A DNA stretch of 49,586 nucleotides from Akkermansia muciniphila (GCA_945882065.1 CAMCWI010000003.1:1-49586); one strand, 5' to 3'. Numbered from the stretch's first letter, positions 26,386-37,542 are shown. Made by a program: numbers and translations. Notes: generated from the sequence alone by a model not told the origin.

Positions 26386-26456
26386 TTGCAGCGGCGCTCT
26401 GTGAGCGCTGATATTTCTGCATGGCCTGCAACGGCGGTCGTAGACTGCCGCTACAA
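26386..26456. repeat. Degenerate REP doublet
   Basis: tgcagcggcgctctgtgagcgctg ... cggcggtcgtagactgccgctaca; two hairpins with G(T/C)AG...CTAC ends. Confidence 0.55.
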
Positions 26457-26484
26457 TCCATGTTTCATCTGTGTGGCTCTGTGG

Positions 26485-29334
26485 CTAGGAATAATTCTCC
26501 ATCCCCACGCAGGAGCAAACTGGATTCCGATCTCCAAACACGTTGTCCACCCGAGCTACATGCGGCCAAAACTTGTATTCATGGAGAAACTTCGCGGGGA
26601 ACGCGGCCTGTTCGCGCGTGTAAGGTTTGTTCCAGTTATCCGAGGCAATCATATCCGCAGTATGAGGAGCACCTTTGAGCAAATTGTTCTTAGGATCCAC
26701 TGAACCATTTTCCACGGCGGCCATTTCGGCGTGGATGGAGATCATCGCATCGCAGAAACGGTCGAGTTCGTATTTGGATTCGCTTTCGGTGGGTTCGACC
26801 ATAAGCGTGCCGGCGACGGGCCACGAGAGCGTCGGCGGGTGAAAGCCGTAATCCATCAGCCGCTTCGCCACGTCCTCGGCGGTGACGCTGTGGAACGCGC
26901 GCAGATCGAGGATGCATTCGTGCGCGACGAGGCCGTTGCTGCGGTAGAGCGTCGGGAAATGTTTTTCGAGCCGCTTGGAAATGTAATTCGCGTTGAGGAT
27001 GGCGAACTTCGTCGCTTCGGTCAGCCCGTCCGGGCCCATCATCGCAATATACATCCACGAGACGGTGAGAATGCTCGCGCTGCCCCACGGCGCGGCAGAA
27101 ACCGCCCCGATGGGACTTTCGCCACCGAGATTGATGACGTTGTGGCCGGGCAGAAATTCCACGAGATGTTCCGCCACGCCGATCGGTCCAACGCCCGGTC
27201 CGCCGCCGCCGTGCGGAATACAAAACGTCTTGTGCAGATTCAAATGGCAGACGTCCGCGCCGATGAAGCCGGGGCTGGTGAGGCCGACTTGCGCGTTCAT
27301 GTTCGCGCCGTCCATGTAAACCTGGCCGCCGTTCGCGTGGATGATGTCGCAAATCTCGCGGATGGTTTCCTCGAACACGCCGTGCGTGGACGGATAGGTG
27401 ATCATCAGACACGAGAGATCGGCCTTGTGCGCCTCGGCTTTCGCGCGCAGGTCGGCGACGTCAATGTTGCCGTTGGTGTCGCATGCGACGGCGACGACTT
27501 TCATGCTGGCCATGACGGCGCTGGCGGGATTCGTGCCGTGCGCGGAGGTGGGAATGAGACAAACGTTACGATGCGTGTCGCCGCGCGATTCGTGATAGGC
27601 GCGGATGACGAGCAACCCGGCGTATTCGCCCTGCGAACCGGCGTTGGGCTGGAGGGAAATGCCGGCGAACCCGGTGATCTCCGCGAGCCAGGTTTCAACT
27701 TGCTCAAACATTTTCTGATAGCCGCGCGTTTGTTTGATCGGCGCGAACGGATGAATCTTGGCGAACTCCGGCCACGACACAGGGAACATTTCCGCCGCCG
27801 CGTTGAGCTTCATGGTGCACGAGCCGAGCGGAATCATCGAAGCCGTGAGCGAGAGATCGCGCGATTCGAGCCGCTTGATGTAGCGGAGCATCTCCGTTTC
27901 GCTATGATACGAATTGAAGACCTTGTGTTGAAGGAAGTCGGAGATGCGGTCGCAGGCGTGTTGCGTATTGCGTGTTGCGTGTTCAAGCGCGTCCGCCAAG
28001 GTGAAGTCTGGAGCTTTGTCGTTGTTGAAGACTTGCCAGAGTTCGACGACATCGTTTGCGCTGGTGGCTTCATCGAGCGAGATGCCGATGGCCTTGTCGT
28101 CAATGGCGCGGAGATTGATGCGATGCGCTTCGGCGATCTTCAAGATGTCAGCGGACTTCTTGTCGCCAAGATTGATCTTCAACGTATCAAAGCGCGGCGT
28201 GGTGGCGACTTGGCAACCGAGCCGTTCCAGACCGGTGGCCAGAACTTCGGTCAGCGTGTGAACGCGTTGCGCAATCTGCTTCAATCCTTCCGCACCGTAA
28301 TAGCAGGCATAGAGCGAGGCCATGTTCGCGAGCAGTGCCTGCGCTGTGCAGATGTTGCTGGTGGCCTTCTCGCGGCGGATGTGTTGCTCGCGTGTGCCGA
28401 GGGCGAGGCGCAACGCAGGCTTGCCGCGCGCATCTTTGGAGACGCCGACGATCCGTCCGGGCATCTGGCGTTTGAATTCATCGCGCGTGGAGAAGAACGC
28501 GGCGTGCGGTCCACCGTAACCGAGCGGCACGCCGAAGCGTTGCGCACTGCCAACCGCGATGTCCGCGCCGAATTCACCGGGCGGCTTGATGAGCGTGAGT
28601 GCCAGCAGATCGGTCGCGACCGTGACCATCGCGCCAGCGGCGTGAGCTTTTTCCGTGAAGGGTTCGAAATTATGGATCGCACCGAACGTGTCGGGATATT
28701 GAACGAGCGCACCGAAGACCTGGTCGTTGAACTCGAACTTCTCGTGATTGCCGATGACGGCCTCAATGCCCAGCGCCTTGGCGCGAGCAGAGACGACCTC
28801 GATGGTTTGCGGATGGCAGGCTTCCGAGATGAAGAAAACATTCCGTCCATCTTTCAAGCGTGACGACATCGTCATGGCTTCGGCGGCAGCGGTGGCTTCA
28901 TCTAGCATCGAGGCATTCGAGATGTCCAGCCCGGTCAATTCCGTGGCGAGCGTTTGAAAATTCAGCAGCGCTTCGAGTCGGCCTTGGGAAATTTCCGCTT
29001 GGTAAGGTGTGTATGGCGTGTACCAACCGGGATTCTCCAGCACGTTACGCTGGATGACCGGCGGCGTGATCGTGTCGTAGTAACCCATGCCGATGAACGA
29101 ACGGAAAACCTGATTCTGCGCCGCGATGGATTTCAATTCGCGCAGGGCGTCAAACTCGCTCAACGCGGCGGGAAGGTCGAGCGGTTTGCCAAGACGGATT
29201 TGTTTCGGCACGGCGGCATCGGTCAGCGCGTCGAGCGAAGTGTGGGCGAGGAATTTCAATATCTCCGCCGTCTCAGTTATGTTCGGGCCGATGTGGCGGC
29301 GGACGAATTGATCCGGGTGCGACAAGTTTTTCAT
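26485..29334 (-). CDS. gcvP: Glycine dehydrogenase (decarboxylating), glycine cleavage system P protein
   Basis: [54 protein letters not shown] and GGGGPG; the start may be 29364. Confidence 0.98.
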   Translation of the reverse strand: MKNLSHPDQFVRRHIGPNITETAEILKFLAHTSLDALTDAAVPKQIRLGKPLDLPAALSEFDALRELKSIAAQNQVFRSFIGMGYYDTITPPVIQRNVLENPGWYTPYTPYQAEISQGRLEALLNFQTLATELTGLDISNASMLDEATAAAEAMTMSSRLKDGRNVFFISEACHPQTIEVVSARAKALGIEAVIGNHEKFEFNDQVFGALVQYPDTFGAIHNFEPFTEKAHAAGAMVTVATDLLALTLIKPPGEFGADIAVGSAQRFGVPLGYGGPHAAFFSTRDEFKRQMPGRIVGVSKDARGKPALRLALGTREQHIRREKATSNICTAQALLANMASLYACYYGAEGLKQIAQRVHTLTEVLATGLERLGCQVATTPRFDTLKINLGDKKSADILKIAEAHRINLRAIDDKAIGISLDEATSANDVVELWQVFNNDKAPDFTLADALEHATRNTQHACDRISDFLQHKVFNSYHSETEMLRYIKRLESRDLSLTASMIPLGSCTMKLNAAAEMFPVSWPEFAKIHPFAPIKQTRGYQKMFEQVETWLAEITGFAGISLQPNAGSQGEYAGLLVIRAYHESRGDTHRNVCLIPTSAHGTNPASAVMASMKVVAVACDTNGNIDVADLRAKAEAHKADLSCLMITYPSTHGVFEETIREICDIIHANGGQVYMDGANMNAQVGLTSPGFIGADVCHLNLHKTFCIPHGGGGPGVGPIGVAEHLVEFLPGHNVINLGGESPIGAVSAAPWGSASILTVSWMYIAMMGPDGLTEATKFAILNANYISKRLEKHFPTLYRSNGLVAHECILDLRAFHSVTAEDVAKRLMDYGFHPPTLSWPVAGTLMVEPTESESKYELDRFCDAMISIHAEMAAVENGSVDPKNNLLKGAPHTADMIASDNWNKPYTREQAAFPAKFLHEYKFWPHVARVDNVFGDRNPVCSCVGMENYS
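27956..27983. repeat. Four tandem heptamers (gcgtRtt) inside gcvP
   Basis: gcgtgtt gcgtatt gcgtgtt gcgtgtt, read as [10 protein letters not shown] in the GcvP inter-domain linker. Confidence 0.85.
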
Positions 29335-29493
29335 GTTTGATTGCTGCGCGTCTGAAAAAGACATGGAGGGAAGATTAGCGGGCGCGATGGGCGCGGGCAA
29401 AAAGAATCAGAAGTGTTTTTGAGGGGTATGAAAGGAAAAGGCCCTCACTATTGCCTGATTGCCGAGGGCAGGGCGGGTATTTAGGCTTGGGGC

Positions 29494-29910
29494 ATGAGTT
29501 CGTTTGCAGTCAGCATTGAAAAGGAAGCTCAACTTGCCCAGCGCATGACTGTGTTGGGCGTGCGTGAGGCGGATATCGAGGAGTCGTTCGTGCGGTCGGG
29601 CGGACATGGCGGGCAAAACGTGAACAAGGTTTCCACCTGCGTGATGCTCATGCATCGTCCGACGGGTTTGCAGGTGAAATGTCAGACGACGCGGCAGCAG
29701 GGGTTGAATCGTTTCATGGCGCGGCATGTGTTGCTGGACAAGATTGCGGCGCAACGTCAGGCGCAGGTCAAAGCGGAGCGAGATCGTGTGGAGAAGTTGC
29801 GTCGCTCGAAACGCAAACGGTCAAAGGGAGCAAAGGAGCGGATACTCGCAGACAAGTCACGTCACTCGGCGAAGAAGTCTTCCCGACGTGGGAAGTTTTC
29901 TGACGATTAA
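29494..29910 (+). CDS. Stand-alone GGQ peptidyl-tRNA hydrolase domain protein (ArfB/RF-1-like ribosome rescue factor)
   Basis: [34 protein letters not shown] and a highly basic C-terminal tail. Confidence 0.88.
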   Translation: MSSFAVSIEKEAQLAQRMTVLGVREADIEESFVRSGGHGGQNVNKVSTCVMLMHRPTGLQVKCQTTRQQGLNRFMARHVLLDKIAAQRQAQVKAERDRVEKLRRSKRKRSKGAKERILADKSRHSAKKSSRRGKFSDD

Positions 29911-29944
29911 GTTTTGGGACGAGAGCGGGATAGCCGTTCGCCGG

Positions 29945-31756
29945 TCACTTCGTAAATTTTCCAGCCAGCAATTCCGCGATGTCCTCGATCTCAAGGAATC
30001 CGTGCAATTGCCGGATACGCGTGGGATGGCGCATTTTGCGGAGCGCCTTGGCTTCGATCTGGCGGATGCGCTCGCGGGTGACGCGAAATTGTTTCCCGAC
30101 TTCTTCGAGTGTGCGCGCGTAGCCATCACCAATGCCGAAGCGGAGTTCGAGGACTTTACGTTCGCGTTCGTTGAGGCTGGAGAGAACGTCGGTGAGTTTG
30201 TCCTTGAGCAGGGCAAAGCTCGTGATGTCTATCGGGTTCTCGGAGTTTTTATCTTCGATAAAGTCGGCGAGGCTGGTGTCGTCCCCATCGCCGACGGGAG
30301 ATTGGAGGGAGATGGGTTGTTGCGCCATCTTCAGAACTGCGCGAACGCGTTCCACGGGATATGCCATTTCTTCTGAAAGTTCCTCGGCCGTGGGTTCGCG
30401 TCCAAAATCCTGGAGTAATCGTTTCTGGGACCGAATTACCTTGTTGATCACCTCGATCATGTGAACGGGAATGCGGATGGTGCGGGACTGGTCGGCAATG
30501 GCGCGTGTGACGGCCTGACGAATCCACCAGGTGGCGTAGGTGGAAAATTTGTAGCCGCGCTTGTACTCGAATTTCTCAACGGCTTTCATTAGTCCCATGT
30601 TGCCTTCCTGGATGAGGTCGAGGAAGGACATGCCGCGATTGGTGTATCTCTTGGCGATGGAGATGACGAGGCGGAGGTTTGCTTCCACCATTTCAGTCTT
30701 GGCCTGGTTGGCGAGTGCGGTGAAATGATTGATGCTGCGATGAGCTTCGGTGAAATCCTTGGTGGACATGCGGACAAATTCTTCTAGGACTCGAATCTTG
30801 CTTTCTTCGATCTCACTCTCCGATACGTGGCCAGCGGCGTGCGAATGATGTTTGTGTTCTTTTACAAGATGGAGGCTGCACTGGAATTTGTCGTGGATGT
30901 TTTCCGCGACGAGTACCATTTCTTCAATGACTTTGTGTTTGAAGAAGAATTTGCCGAATGACGCCTGAAGTTTGGCGTCGAGTTTTTTGAAAACATTGAC
31001 AGCTCGTGTGCGGGTGTCGCTGTTTTTTGCATCGCGAGCGGCATTGAATTGTTCGTCCACCTGCTGATCCAGATTGCGGACGGTTTTCATCAGCGTGTGG
31101 AGCGATTTCAGATAGCTTTCGCGGCTGTTGATCTTTTGATCCACGACCACGCGGTCGAATCGCTCGCGGGGAGGTTCGGCTGTGAGCTTTTCGGCGAGTG
31201 CGACATGTTCCTTGGCGGTGAATCCGAGGCAGTAAATGATGCGTTGGACTTCCTGTTCCGCGTCTTCGATACGTTTCGAGATTTCCACTTCTTGCTGGCG
31301 CGTGAGCAGGGGGACGAGTCCCATCTGTTTGAGGTACATCCGCACGGGATCATCCAGTAAGTCGAGCCGGTCTTTCTCGTCTTCTTCCTTGTCTAGCTGG
31401 GGGGATTGATCTGCTTCTGCATGGTCAACAATATTAATCTCAAGTCCGCGCAGTTTGATAAACACTTCATCAATGTCGTTCGCAGTGACCACACTGTCCG
31501 GTAGCGCATCGTTGATGTCGGAGTAGGTGAGGTGACCTTGTTCGCGTGACAGACGGATGAGTTCCTTGACCTTCTCAGCGATGTCAGCGGGGGTGGACTG
31601 TGTCAAAGGTGCAATGCGGTGGGAATGATCCTGATCGGCGTGGTGAAGTCTGTTGTCTCCATTGGTGTGAGGGGAATCCGCGATGACGCACGGAGTTCTG
31701 TTGAGCTTTTGCATCTTGGCCTTCGGGACTGATGCACACAAATTGCTCTTACGCAT
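29945..31756 (-). CDS. rpoD: RNA polymerase sigma-70 factor, RpoD-like
   Basis: Region 1.1 ([13 protein letters not shown]), [34 protein letters not shown] and [15 protein letters not shown]; start uncertain (31756 or 31714). Confidence 0.9.
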   Translation of the reverse strand: MRKSNLCASVPKAKMQKLNRTPCVIADSPHTNGDNRLHHADQDHSHRIAPLTQSTPADIAEKVKELIRLSREQGHLTYSDINDALPDSVVTANDIDEVFIKLRGLEINIVDHAEADQSPQLDKEEDEKDRLDLLDDPVRMYLKQMGLVPLLTRQQEVEISKRIEDAEQEVQRIIYCLGFTAKEHVALAEKLTAEPPRERFDRVVVDQKINSRESYLKSLHTLMKTVRNLDQQVDEQFNAARDAKNSDTRTRAVNVFKKLDAKLQASFGKFFFKHKVIEEMVLVAENIHDKFQCSLHLVKEHKHHSHAAGHVSESEIEESKIRVLEEFVRMSTKDFTEAHRSINHFTALANQAKTEMVEANLRLVISIAKRYTNRGMSFLDLIQEGNMGLMKAVEKFEYKRGYKFSTYATWWIRQAVTRAIADQSRTIRIPVHMIEVINKVIRSQKRLLQDFGREPTAEELSEEMAYPVERVRAVLKMAQQPISLQSPVGDGDDTSLADFIEDKNSENPIDITSFALLKDKLTDVLSSLNERERKVLELRFGIGDGYARTLEEVGKQFRVTRERIRQIEAKALRKMRHPTRIRQLHGFLEIEDIAELLAGKFTK

Positions 31757-31930
31757 AACGAATTAAAAATTATGGCCTTGGTTCAGTGAACTGTGGAACG
31801 CTGGGAAATATGTGGTCGCACTTTCGTGGCGTCAAGCGGTGTAACAAGATATTTACAGAAACGTTTTCAAATTGGAAACACTCGAAGATTTTCAAATAAA
31901 CCCAACGGAAGGCGCGGCATGTTGAATTAT

Positions 31931-32091
31931 CAACATCCAAGCAACAAGCTCCAGAAAGCGGCCCAGCACCAAGCTCTAAGTCAAGTTTCAGGCAAGGTTA
32001 CGATCTAGTAATCTGAATACTGTTTTTCTCCTTCAACAAGCCCGAATTCTGAGCCTCCTGGAGCTTCTCTGGAGCTCGGAGGTTGGTGCTG
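31931..32091. repeat. Heptamer inverted-repeat element (caagcNc family), degenerate
   Basis: caacatc caagcaa caagctc cag ... ggagcttctctggagctcggaggttggtgct; same family as 40722-40851. Confidence 0.6.
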
Positions 32092-32182
32092 CCTCTCAGT
32101 CTTTGCATTCACGATCGCTGTGTTTTCTCGACCACTCGCCGAAAACATTGGATATCTACTAGTGTCGGTTAAACCCGGTTTA

Positions 32183-33250
32183 TCAGTTGCCCACCGGAAC
32201 GGATACCCCAACGCGGGCACCACCGAATGCATTCACACCTTCGTTGGCAGCGACCGTGTTCACAAACGTGGACAGGATGCTGTCCATGTAGCGGGTTATC
32301 GCCCGGTAAGGCGAGTAGGGCACGAAAACGATGTCATGCGGTTCAAGCATGATGTCGCCAGCTTTTCCGTTGATGATGTCGTTGTAGTCCACAATTGCCA
32401 TCTGGGGCGATGTTAATGATCCGCGCACGATGGCGACCTGTGAGATAAACGCGTTGGGTAGCGGCCCACCGCCTGCCGCGATGGCGGCAATCAGAGTCGG
32501 ATGCTCGGACAACGTCATGGTGCGAGGTGTTCTCACGGCACCGAACAGGTAGATTTCCCGTTGGGCGCCAGACGGCACATAAACGAAGTCATCCGGCTTG
32601 AGGTAAATGTTCTGTGACATGTCGCCCTGTTCGACCAAGCGATGAAAGTCCACGGGCAACGTCTGTCCACTGCGGATCACGAACGCGTGACGCAGGTCGG
32701 CAATTTCCACTGTGGCCGTGGCACTCGCGGCTCTGCGCGTGCCGCCTGCGAGCGACATGGCTTCGAGCAGCGTGATGGGTGACGCAGTCGGGTAGGTGCC
32801 GGGTTGCTGGATCGAACCCAACATCCAGATGTGTTTGCTGCCAACCGCGCGGAGTGTCACTGACACTTGAGATCCGGTCACGAACGCGTCGAGTTCTTTT
32901 TCGAGCAAACGTTTTGTCTGGCCGACGGTCAATCCCCACACATCCAGTCCGGGCAGCAGATCAAAATAAACTTTTCCATCCGGGCCGACGGTCATATCCG
33001 CACGAGAAGTTGTGCGGCCCAAAACCTCCGCTTGAATCTGATCGCCCGGTCCGAGCGTGAACAGTTCGCGGTCAGGTTGCAACAGGGCGGGATCGAGTTG
33101 TCTGCCGAGGGTCAAGCCTGCCGCTGAGTTGGAGAAGACGCCAGTGGCGCGCGGGTTGAAGCGCGGAGCGTCGCTGTGACTTGGCGACTGGCAACCCGTG
33201 AGCCATGCCAGCGCGAGACTGATGCCGCAGAGAGAGAATGTTTTCTTCAT
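32183..33250 (-). CDS. Polysaccharide export / SLBB-domain lipoprotein (Wza/OPX-like)
   Basis: Lipobox LTGC, TLGPGD..VGPDGKV export domain and two SLBB repeats (LLEAMSLAGG; LIAAIAAGGG). Confidence 0.88.
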   Translation of the reverse strand: MKKTFSLCGISLALAWLTGCQSPSHSDAPRFNPRATGVFSNSAAGLTLGRQLDPALLQPDRELFTLGPGDQIQAEVLGRTTSRADMTVGPDGKVYFDLLPGLDVWGLTVGQTKRLLEKELDAFVTGSQVSVTLRAVGSKHIWMLGSIQQPGTYPTASPITLLEAMSLAGGTRRAASATATVEIADLRHAFVIRSGQTLPVDFHRLVEQGDMSQNIYLKPDDFVYVPSGAQREIYLFGAVRTPRTMTLSEHPTLIAAIAAGGGPLPNAFISQVAIVRGSLTSPQMAIVDYNDIINGKAGDIMLEPHDIVFVPYSPYRAITRYMDSILSTFVNTVAANEGVNAFGGARVGVSVPVGN

Positions 33251-34311
33251 GGATTTACGATGGGTGAAGTGATGAATGGCCCGACGTGTTGTCCCGTCCA
33301 CGTCACGAGAGCGGCTTGGATGAATGAGAGCGTGGCGCTATCAAGAATCTCTTCTGCTCGCGCCCACGGACGACGAGCCACGTATACGATGTCCTTTGGC
33401 TCAAGTCTGAAATCAGGTTTCTCGCCCGCAAGGATCGCCTTGGCGTCCACGATGTAAGTCTCAGGAGAATCCAGCGAGCCACGCACCACAAGCACACGGC
33501 TTTGATACGCTTTGTCTGCGAATCCACCGCGTGAAGTGATCGCGCTGATGAGCGTGGCGTTCTGCGAATACGGAACAACTCCCTGACCCGCAACTGCGCC
33601 CACGACGAATATCTGATTTGCTGACGATGACGGGAAATAAATATAATCGTCAGGCTCAATGGCGACATTTTGGCTGAGATCGCCTTGCTGAAACAGTTTC
33701 ACGAAATCCACCTTCAATCGCTTGCCGCCACGCATGACAAAGCTGTGCGAGAGATCGGCGAGTTCCACCGTGTTTTGTTCGAACATGCCCGTCTCAAGTC
33801 CGCCAGCTTGCGCGATGGCTTCGATCATCGTCGTGGGGCGTTCCAGTTGGAACACGCCTTTGCGGGCGACGGCGCCGAGCAGGTAAAACTTTTTGCTGCG
33901 GTAGCTGCCGGGCGTGATGATGGTGCGAGGGTTGTTATAAAATTTTCCAAGCTCGGCATCGAATTGTGCGCGCAACTCATCAATCGTCATCCCGGTTGCC
34001 GTCACATCTTCCGCCTGCAAAAATGTCACGCGTCCGTCCGGGCCAATCACGACATCGCGCTTCACTGTGTCTGGCTGGTTGTAGAGGGTGAAGTTCAGAG
34101 TGTCACCAGGGCCGAGAGTCAGACGACGTTGCCAGTTCGCGCGGGATTCAGGCGACGAGGTTGCGAAGAGTTGCTTGGGTGTGGCCGGTGTTGGAGCGGT
34201 TGCGATAGCATCTACGGCGGCCGCCGTCGCGGGTGTCGCCTCCTGTGAGTAAATGGTTGTCGTCGCGAGTGCAGTAAGCAGCAAGACTGTCGTCCGTAAT
34301 CGTTTTTTCAT
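33247..34311 (-). CDS. Polysaccharide export / SLBB-domain protein (Wza/OPX-like)
   Basis: Signal peptide, TLGPGD..IGPDGRV, IEAIAQAGG and LISAITSRGG; paralogue of the adjacent gene with a 4-bp overlap. Confidence 0.88.
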   Translation of the reverse strand: MKKRLRTTVLLLTALATTTIYSQEATPATAAAVDAIATAPTPATPKQLFATSSPESRANWQRRLTLGPGDTLNFTLYNQPDTVKRDVVIGPDGRVTFLQAEDVTATGMTIDELRAQFDAELGKFYNNPRTIITPGSYRSKKFYLLGAVARKGVFQLERPTTMIEAIAQAGGLETGMFEQNTVELADLSHSFVMRGGKRLKVDFVKLFQQGDLSQNVAIEPDDYIYFPSSSANQIFVVGAVAGQGVVPYSQNATLISAITSRGGFADKAYQSRVLVVRGSLDSPETYIVDAKAILAGEKPDFRLEPKDIVYVARRPWARAEEILDSATLSFIQAALVTWTGQHVGPFITSPIVNP

Positions 34312-34468
34312 AGTGCAATATGTGCGCTGATCCATTTTGAGATTCAATGCGGCAACCTCCTATCCTTCGGCTTCCAACGGCGCGAAAGACTACGTCTCCC
34401 ATTTCCATTGTGAAACACCAACGAATCCCGACGCGTGTTCCGGGAGATTACCGAACAAGTTGGAAAAG

Positions 34469-36412
34469 TCACTCCGTTGTTACAAACGGCGGCATCGGAC
34501 AATCCAGTGTTTCTGCGATGCCGCGAAGAAGTTCTGCTTCGTTTTCCTGAATCACGCCATCCGCACCGACAACGCGGACGCAGGCTTCGAGCAGATTCTT
34601 TTTAATCTGCGGCACAGCCAAACCGAGACGGTCGAGCGAATCGTTGATCTCGTTCAGCCCGCACTCTTCGCGCGACAGCAACCTTAGCGGCACGCCGGCC
34701 GGGCGGATATAAGGTGCGCCAGATTGAAATGCTTTTGCGATCTCACCGGGATCGGTCTGCCCTGTGTGAGCGAGCGCGGACAGGAGTAATTCACAATCAG
34801 GTGCGAGCGGCCTGATGGTGTAATACTGCGTGGCGGGCGGCTTCGCACGGGTGAAGTGCGGCTCAAGTTGGTGACGGATGATTTTCTGTAGGACAAATTC
34901 AAACAGCACGATTTGTTCGTCGCTTTCGATCAGCCAAGTCAGCGTGGCAGAAAATTTCTGGAATTGATCCACGCCCAGTTGTCGCAACGCAGGCAAAGCC
35001 AGATTCACGAGCGGCAAGCGCGAACGTTGGACGACAGCGGAAACTTCCGGCCACAGTGCTGCGATCTGTTCGCGCATCGCTGGACCAGCGGCCTTCGCCA
35101 ACTCATCAAGCTGCTTGGTGTGTAAGGATTCGTTGTCGCTCAGAATTAAAGAGTAGAGCAGGGCGCATGCGCCTTGTGGATTCCGCGCTGCCATGACGAT
35201 GTTTTCCGGTAGAGACTCGCGGAACTCCACTGCATACCGCAGATGCAGCGGCGTGGGATTGCCGATGTTGGGCATCACGCTCGACGCTTGGATGACGGCT
35301 GCTACTCCAGCAAGTCCAGCCGCGTCCGTCGGAAATCCGGGAATGATCGGCGGCATCGCAGAACGGCGCGCGGGCTTCTTGTTGTCCAGTTCTTCTTCCA
35401 CCACTTCGTCCGCTGGTTGGGGAAATTTTCCGTCCCAGTACGGCTCAATAGCCTTGATACGTTCTTGAAGCGGCGGATGCGTGGCGAACGCATTGAACAA
35501 AGAACTCTTAATCGCATTGCCAAAAAACATGTGGCTCGCTTCGGTGGCGTGTTCGTTTTCAATCTGTGAACCTGCGTGAGCGGCGCCGATTTTCTGGAGC
35601 GCACCGGAAAGTCCGTCGGGGTTGCGCGTGAATTGAACCGCTGAAGCATCGGCGAGAAATTCCCGCTGCCGACTGATTGCCGCTTGGATGAGTTGACCAA
35701 ACAAGTAGCCGACTCCGCCCAGAACCAGCAGCACCAAGCCCAGCAATGGCAGGGGATTCTTATCGCGACCATTGCCCCGCGACCGCAGCAATGCGCGTCC
35801 AATGACAGTCAGACACACGATGCCGAAGATGATTCCCATCAAGCGCAGATTGATCCGCATGTCGCCGTTGAGAATGTGGCTGAACTCGTGGCCGATGACG
35901 CCCTGCAACTCATCGCGCTTGAGCGTCGTGATGCAGCCGCGCGTCACGCCGATGGCGGCATCGTTGATGTTATGTCCAGCGGCGAAGGCGTTGATGCCTT
36001 CTTCTCCGTCCATTACATAGACCTTTGGCACGGGCACGCCCGATGCGATGGCCATCTCCTCAACCACGTTCAACAACTTCCGTTCGTGCGGATCGCTTGT
36101 GGTTGTATCAATCAATCGTCCACCGAGCGATTCCGCCACCGCACTGCCGCCGCTGGAGAGTTGCATTGTCTTGAACAAACTCCCACCAATGATGACCGCT
36201 AGCGTTCCGCCAGCGGCGTACAGAAAGATTGTAGCGTTCCAGAGTGAAAATGCCGGGGCGGGACCGCGATGCTTGTAGTTCGACGCGCCATGAAACATGA
36301 ACAGCGAGGCGAAGTAGATGCTCACCACGATCAGCACGACCGCGATGACGAAGTAGAACACGAGCAACTTCGTGTTCTTGCGGGCTTTGTCCTGACGCTC
36401 GAAGAAATCCAT
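34469..36412 (-). CDS. M48 family (HtpX-like) membrane metalloprotease with C-terminal extension
   Basis: NVVEEMAIASG, INAFAAG, HEFSH zinc motif, SRQREFLADA and THPPL.ERI. Confidence 0.93.
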   Translation of the reverse strand: MDFFERQDKARKNTKLLVFYFVIAVVLIVVSIYFASLFMFHGASNYKHRGPAPAFSLWNATIFLYAAGGTLAVIIGGSLFKTMQLSSGGSAVAESLGGRLIDTTTSDPHERKLLNVVEEMAIASGVPVPKVYVMDGEEGINAFAAGHNINDAAIGVTRGCITTLKRDELQGVIGHEFSHILNGDMRINLRLMGIIFGIVCLTVIGRALLRSRGNGRDKNPLPLLGLVLLVLGGVGYLFGQLIQAAISRQREFLADASAVQFTRNPDGLSGALQKIGAAHAGSQIENEHATEASHMFFGNAIKSSLFNAFATHPPLQERIKAIEPYWDGKFPQPADEVVEEELDNKKPARRSAMPPIIPGFPTDAAGLAGVAAVIQASSVMPNIGNPTPLHLRYAVEFRESLPENIVMAARNPQGACALLYSLILSDNESLHTKQLDELAKAAGPAMREQIAALWPEVSAVVQRSRLPLVNLALPALRQLGVDQFQKFSATLTWLIESDEQIVLFEFVLQKIIRHQLEPHFTRAKPPATQYYTIRPLAPDCELLLSALAHTGQTDPGEIAKAFQSGAPYIRPAGVPLRLLSREECGLNEINDSLDRLGLAVPQIKKNLLEACVRVVGADGVIQENEAELLRGIAETLDCPMPPFVTTE

Positions 36413-36423
36413 GATTTTATTGG

Positions 36424-36515
36424 GTAGCAGCCGACGTGAGTCGGCTCTGGCTAAAATCCAGACGCAAACTCCAAACCAGACAGAGCCTCTCCCGCATGGC
36501 GGGATTGGCTGCTAC
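36424..36515. repeat. GTAG-type REP doublet between lemA and the M48 gene
   Basis: gtagcagccgacgtgagtcggct ... ggctgctac with a 9-bp terminal inverted repeat and internal hairpins. Confidence 0.7.
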
Positions 36516-36522
36516 AATTCAA

Positions 36523-37122
36523 TCAGAACGTCACCTTCACAGCTTCGCGCTGTTCCGGCACTTCCACCTTGAACGATTCCGCCGGGCCGAAGTTGAACAT
36601 GCCAGCTATGATATTCGTGGGAAACACTTCGCGCGCCGTGTTGTAGCCCATCACGCTGTCGTTATAAGCCTGACGCGCGAACGACACCTTGTTTTCCGTG
36701 GAGGTCAATTCTTCCATGAGTTGATTCATAGACGTGTTGGCCTTGAGATCAGGATACGCTTCCGTGAGCGCGAACAATTTGCCGAGTGACGCACCGAGCG
36801 CGCCTTCTGCGTTAGACAAAGCCTTCATCGCTTCGGGATCGCCGGGATTGCCGGAAACTTTGTTGTTGGCGGAGTAAGCCGAGTTGCGCGCGGCGATGAC
36901 GGCTTCCAGCGTGCCGCGTTCGTGCTTGAGATAACCCTTGGTGGTCTCGACGAGATTCGGGATCAGGTCATAACGCCGCTTCAACTGCACATCAATCTGT
37001 GCCCACGCGTTCTTGAAGCGATTGCGTAGCGCCACTAGGCCATTGTATTTGCCGATGATGAACAACGCGACCACGACAATCAAACCAACAACGACCAGCA
37101 AACCGATAATCAGTGGATTCAT
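36523..37122 (-). CDS. lemA: LemA family protein
   Basis: N-terminal TM segment, AWAQIDVQLKRRYDLIPNLV, EAYPDLKAN, TENKVSFARQAYND and FPTNIIAG. Confidence 0.95.
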   Translation of the reverse strand: MNPLIIGLLVVVGLIVVVALFIIGKYNGLVALRNRFKNAWAQIDVQLKRRYDLIPNLVETTKGYLKHERGTLEAVIAARNSAYSANNKVSGNPGDPEAMKALSNAEGALGASLGKLFALTEAYPDLKANTSMNQLMEELTSTENKVSFARQAYNDSVMGYNTAREVFPTNIIAGMFNFGPAESFKVEVPEQREAVKVTF

Positions 37123-37237
37123 ATCTATTCTTTGTTTGTTGTTAACCGACGCATGAGAACTAGGGCAAACGCGGGAATGAGGCAATTACAAATTCGGGAA
37201 GGTATTCAAGCCGGTCGTAAAACACCGCCCCAGATTG

Positions 37238-37416
37238 TCCCGGAGGGACAAAACATGAATGACCGTGGTGGATAGCCCACGGTTTGTACGGACTAAACTC
37301 GGAAGACAACGTCCCGGGGCAGGGTCGAGATGCGCTCTATTTGACAGGGTGTGATTCAACTCGGGTGAGGCTAATCATCTGACTGAATTGGTAGGGCGCG
37401 GCACTCCGTGCGCGCC
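37238..37416. repeat. REP-like hairpin cluster
   Basis: gtccc..gggac, accgtgg..ccacggt and GTAG-gGCGCG-gcactccgtgcgcgcc hairpins in the divergent intergenic region. Confidence 0.55.
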
Positions 37417-37542
37417 GTCGTCTGCGAGGGAAACCGCTTCGCCGAAGCCTCTCAAAAACTGAGATGCGTGTTGAGTGATTTTGAATACGCCCAAGCTTGA
37501 AATCGTCGGAGCGTGTCGTCAGACTCAGATTACTTTTAGCAC

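Larger units (their letters stand above)
17539..26934. mobile_element. Putative integrase-less genomic island inserted in gcvP
   Basis: Perfect 29-bp direct repeat tcgaggatgcattcgtgcgcgacgaggcc at 17539-17567 and 26906-26934, duplicated gcvP 3' end, accessory cargo; no recombinase gene seen. Confidence 0.6.

Noticed and set aside
26731-28863. 710-aa plus-strand ORF
   Set aside because: Antisense shadow of gcvP, expected from GC-rich codon bias; no recognisable motifs.
29335-29493. Glycine riboswitch upstream of gcvP
   Set aside because: The gap is short, shared with a divergent gene, and lacks recognisable aptamer motifs.
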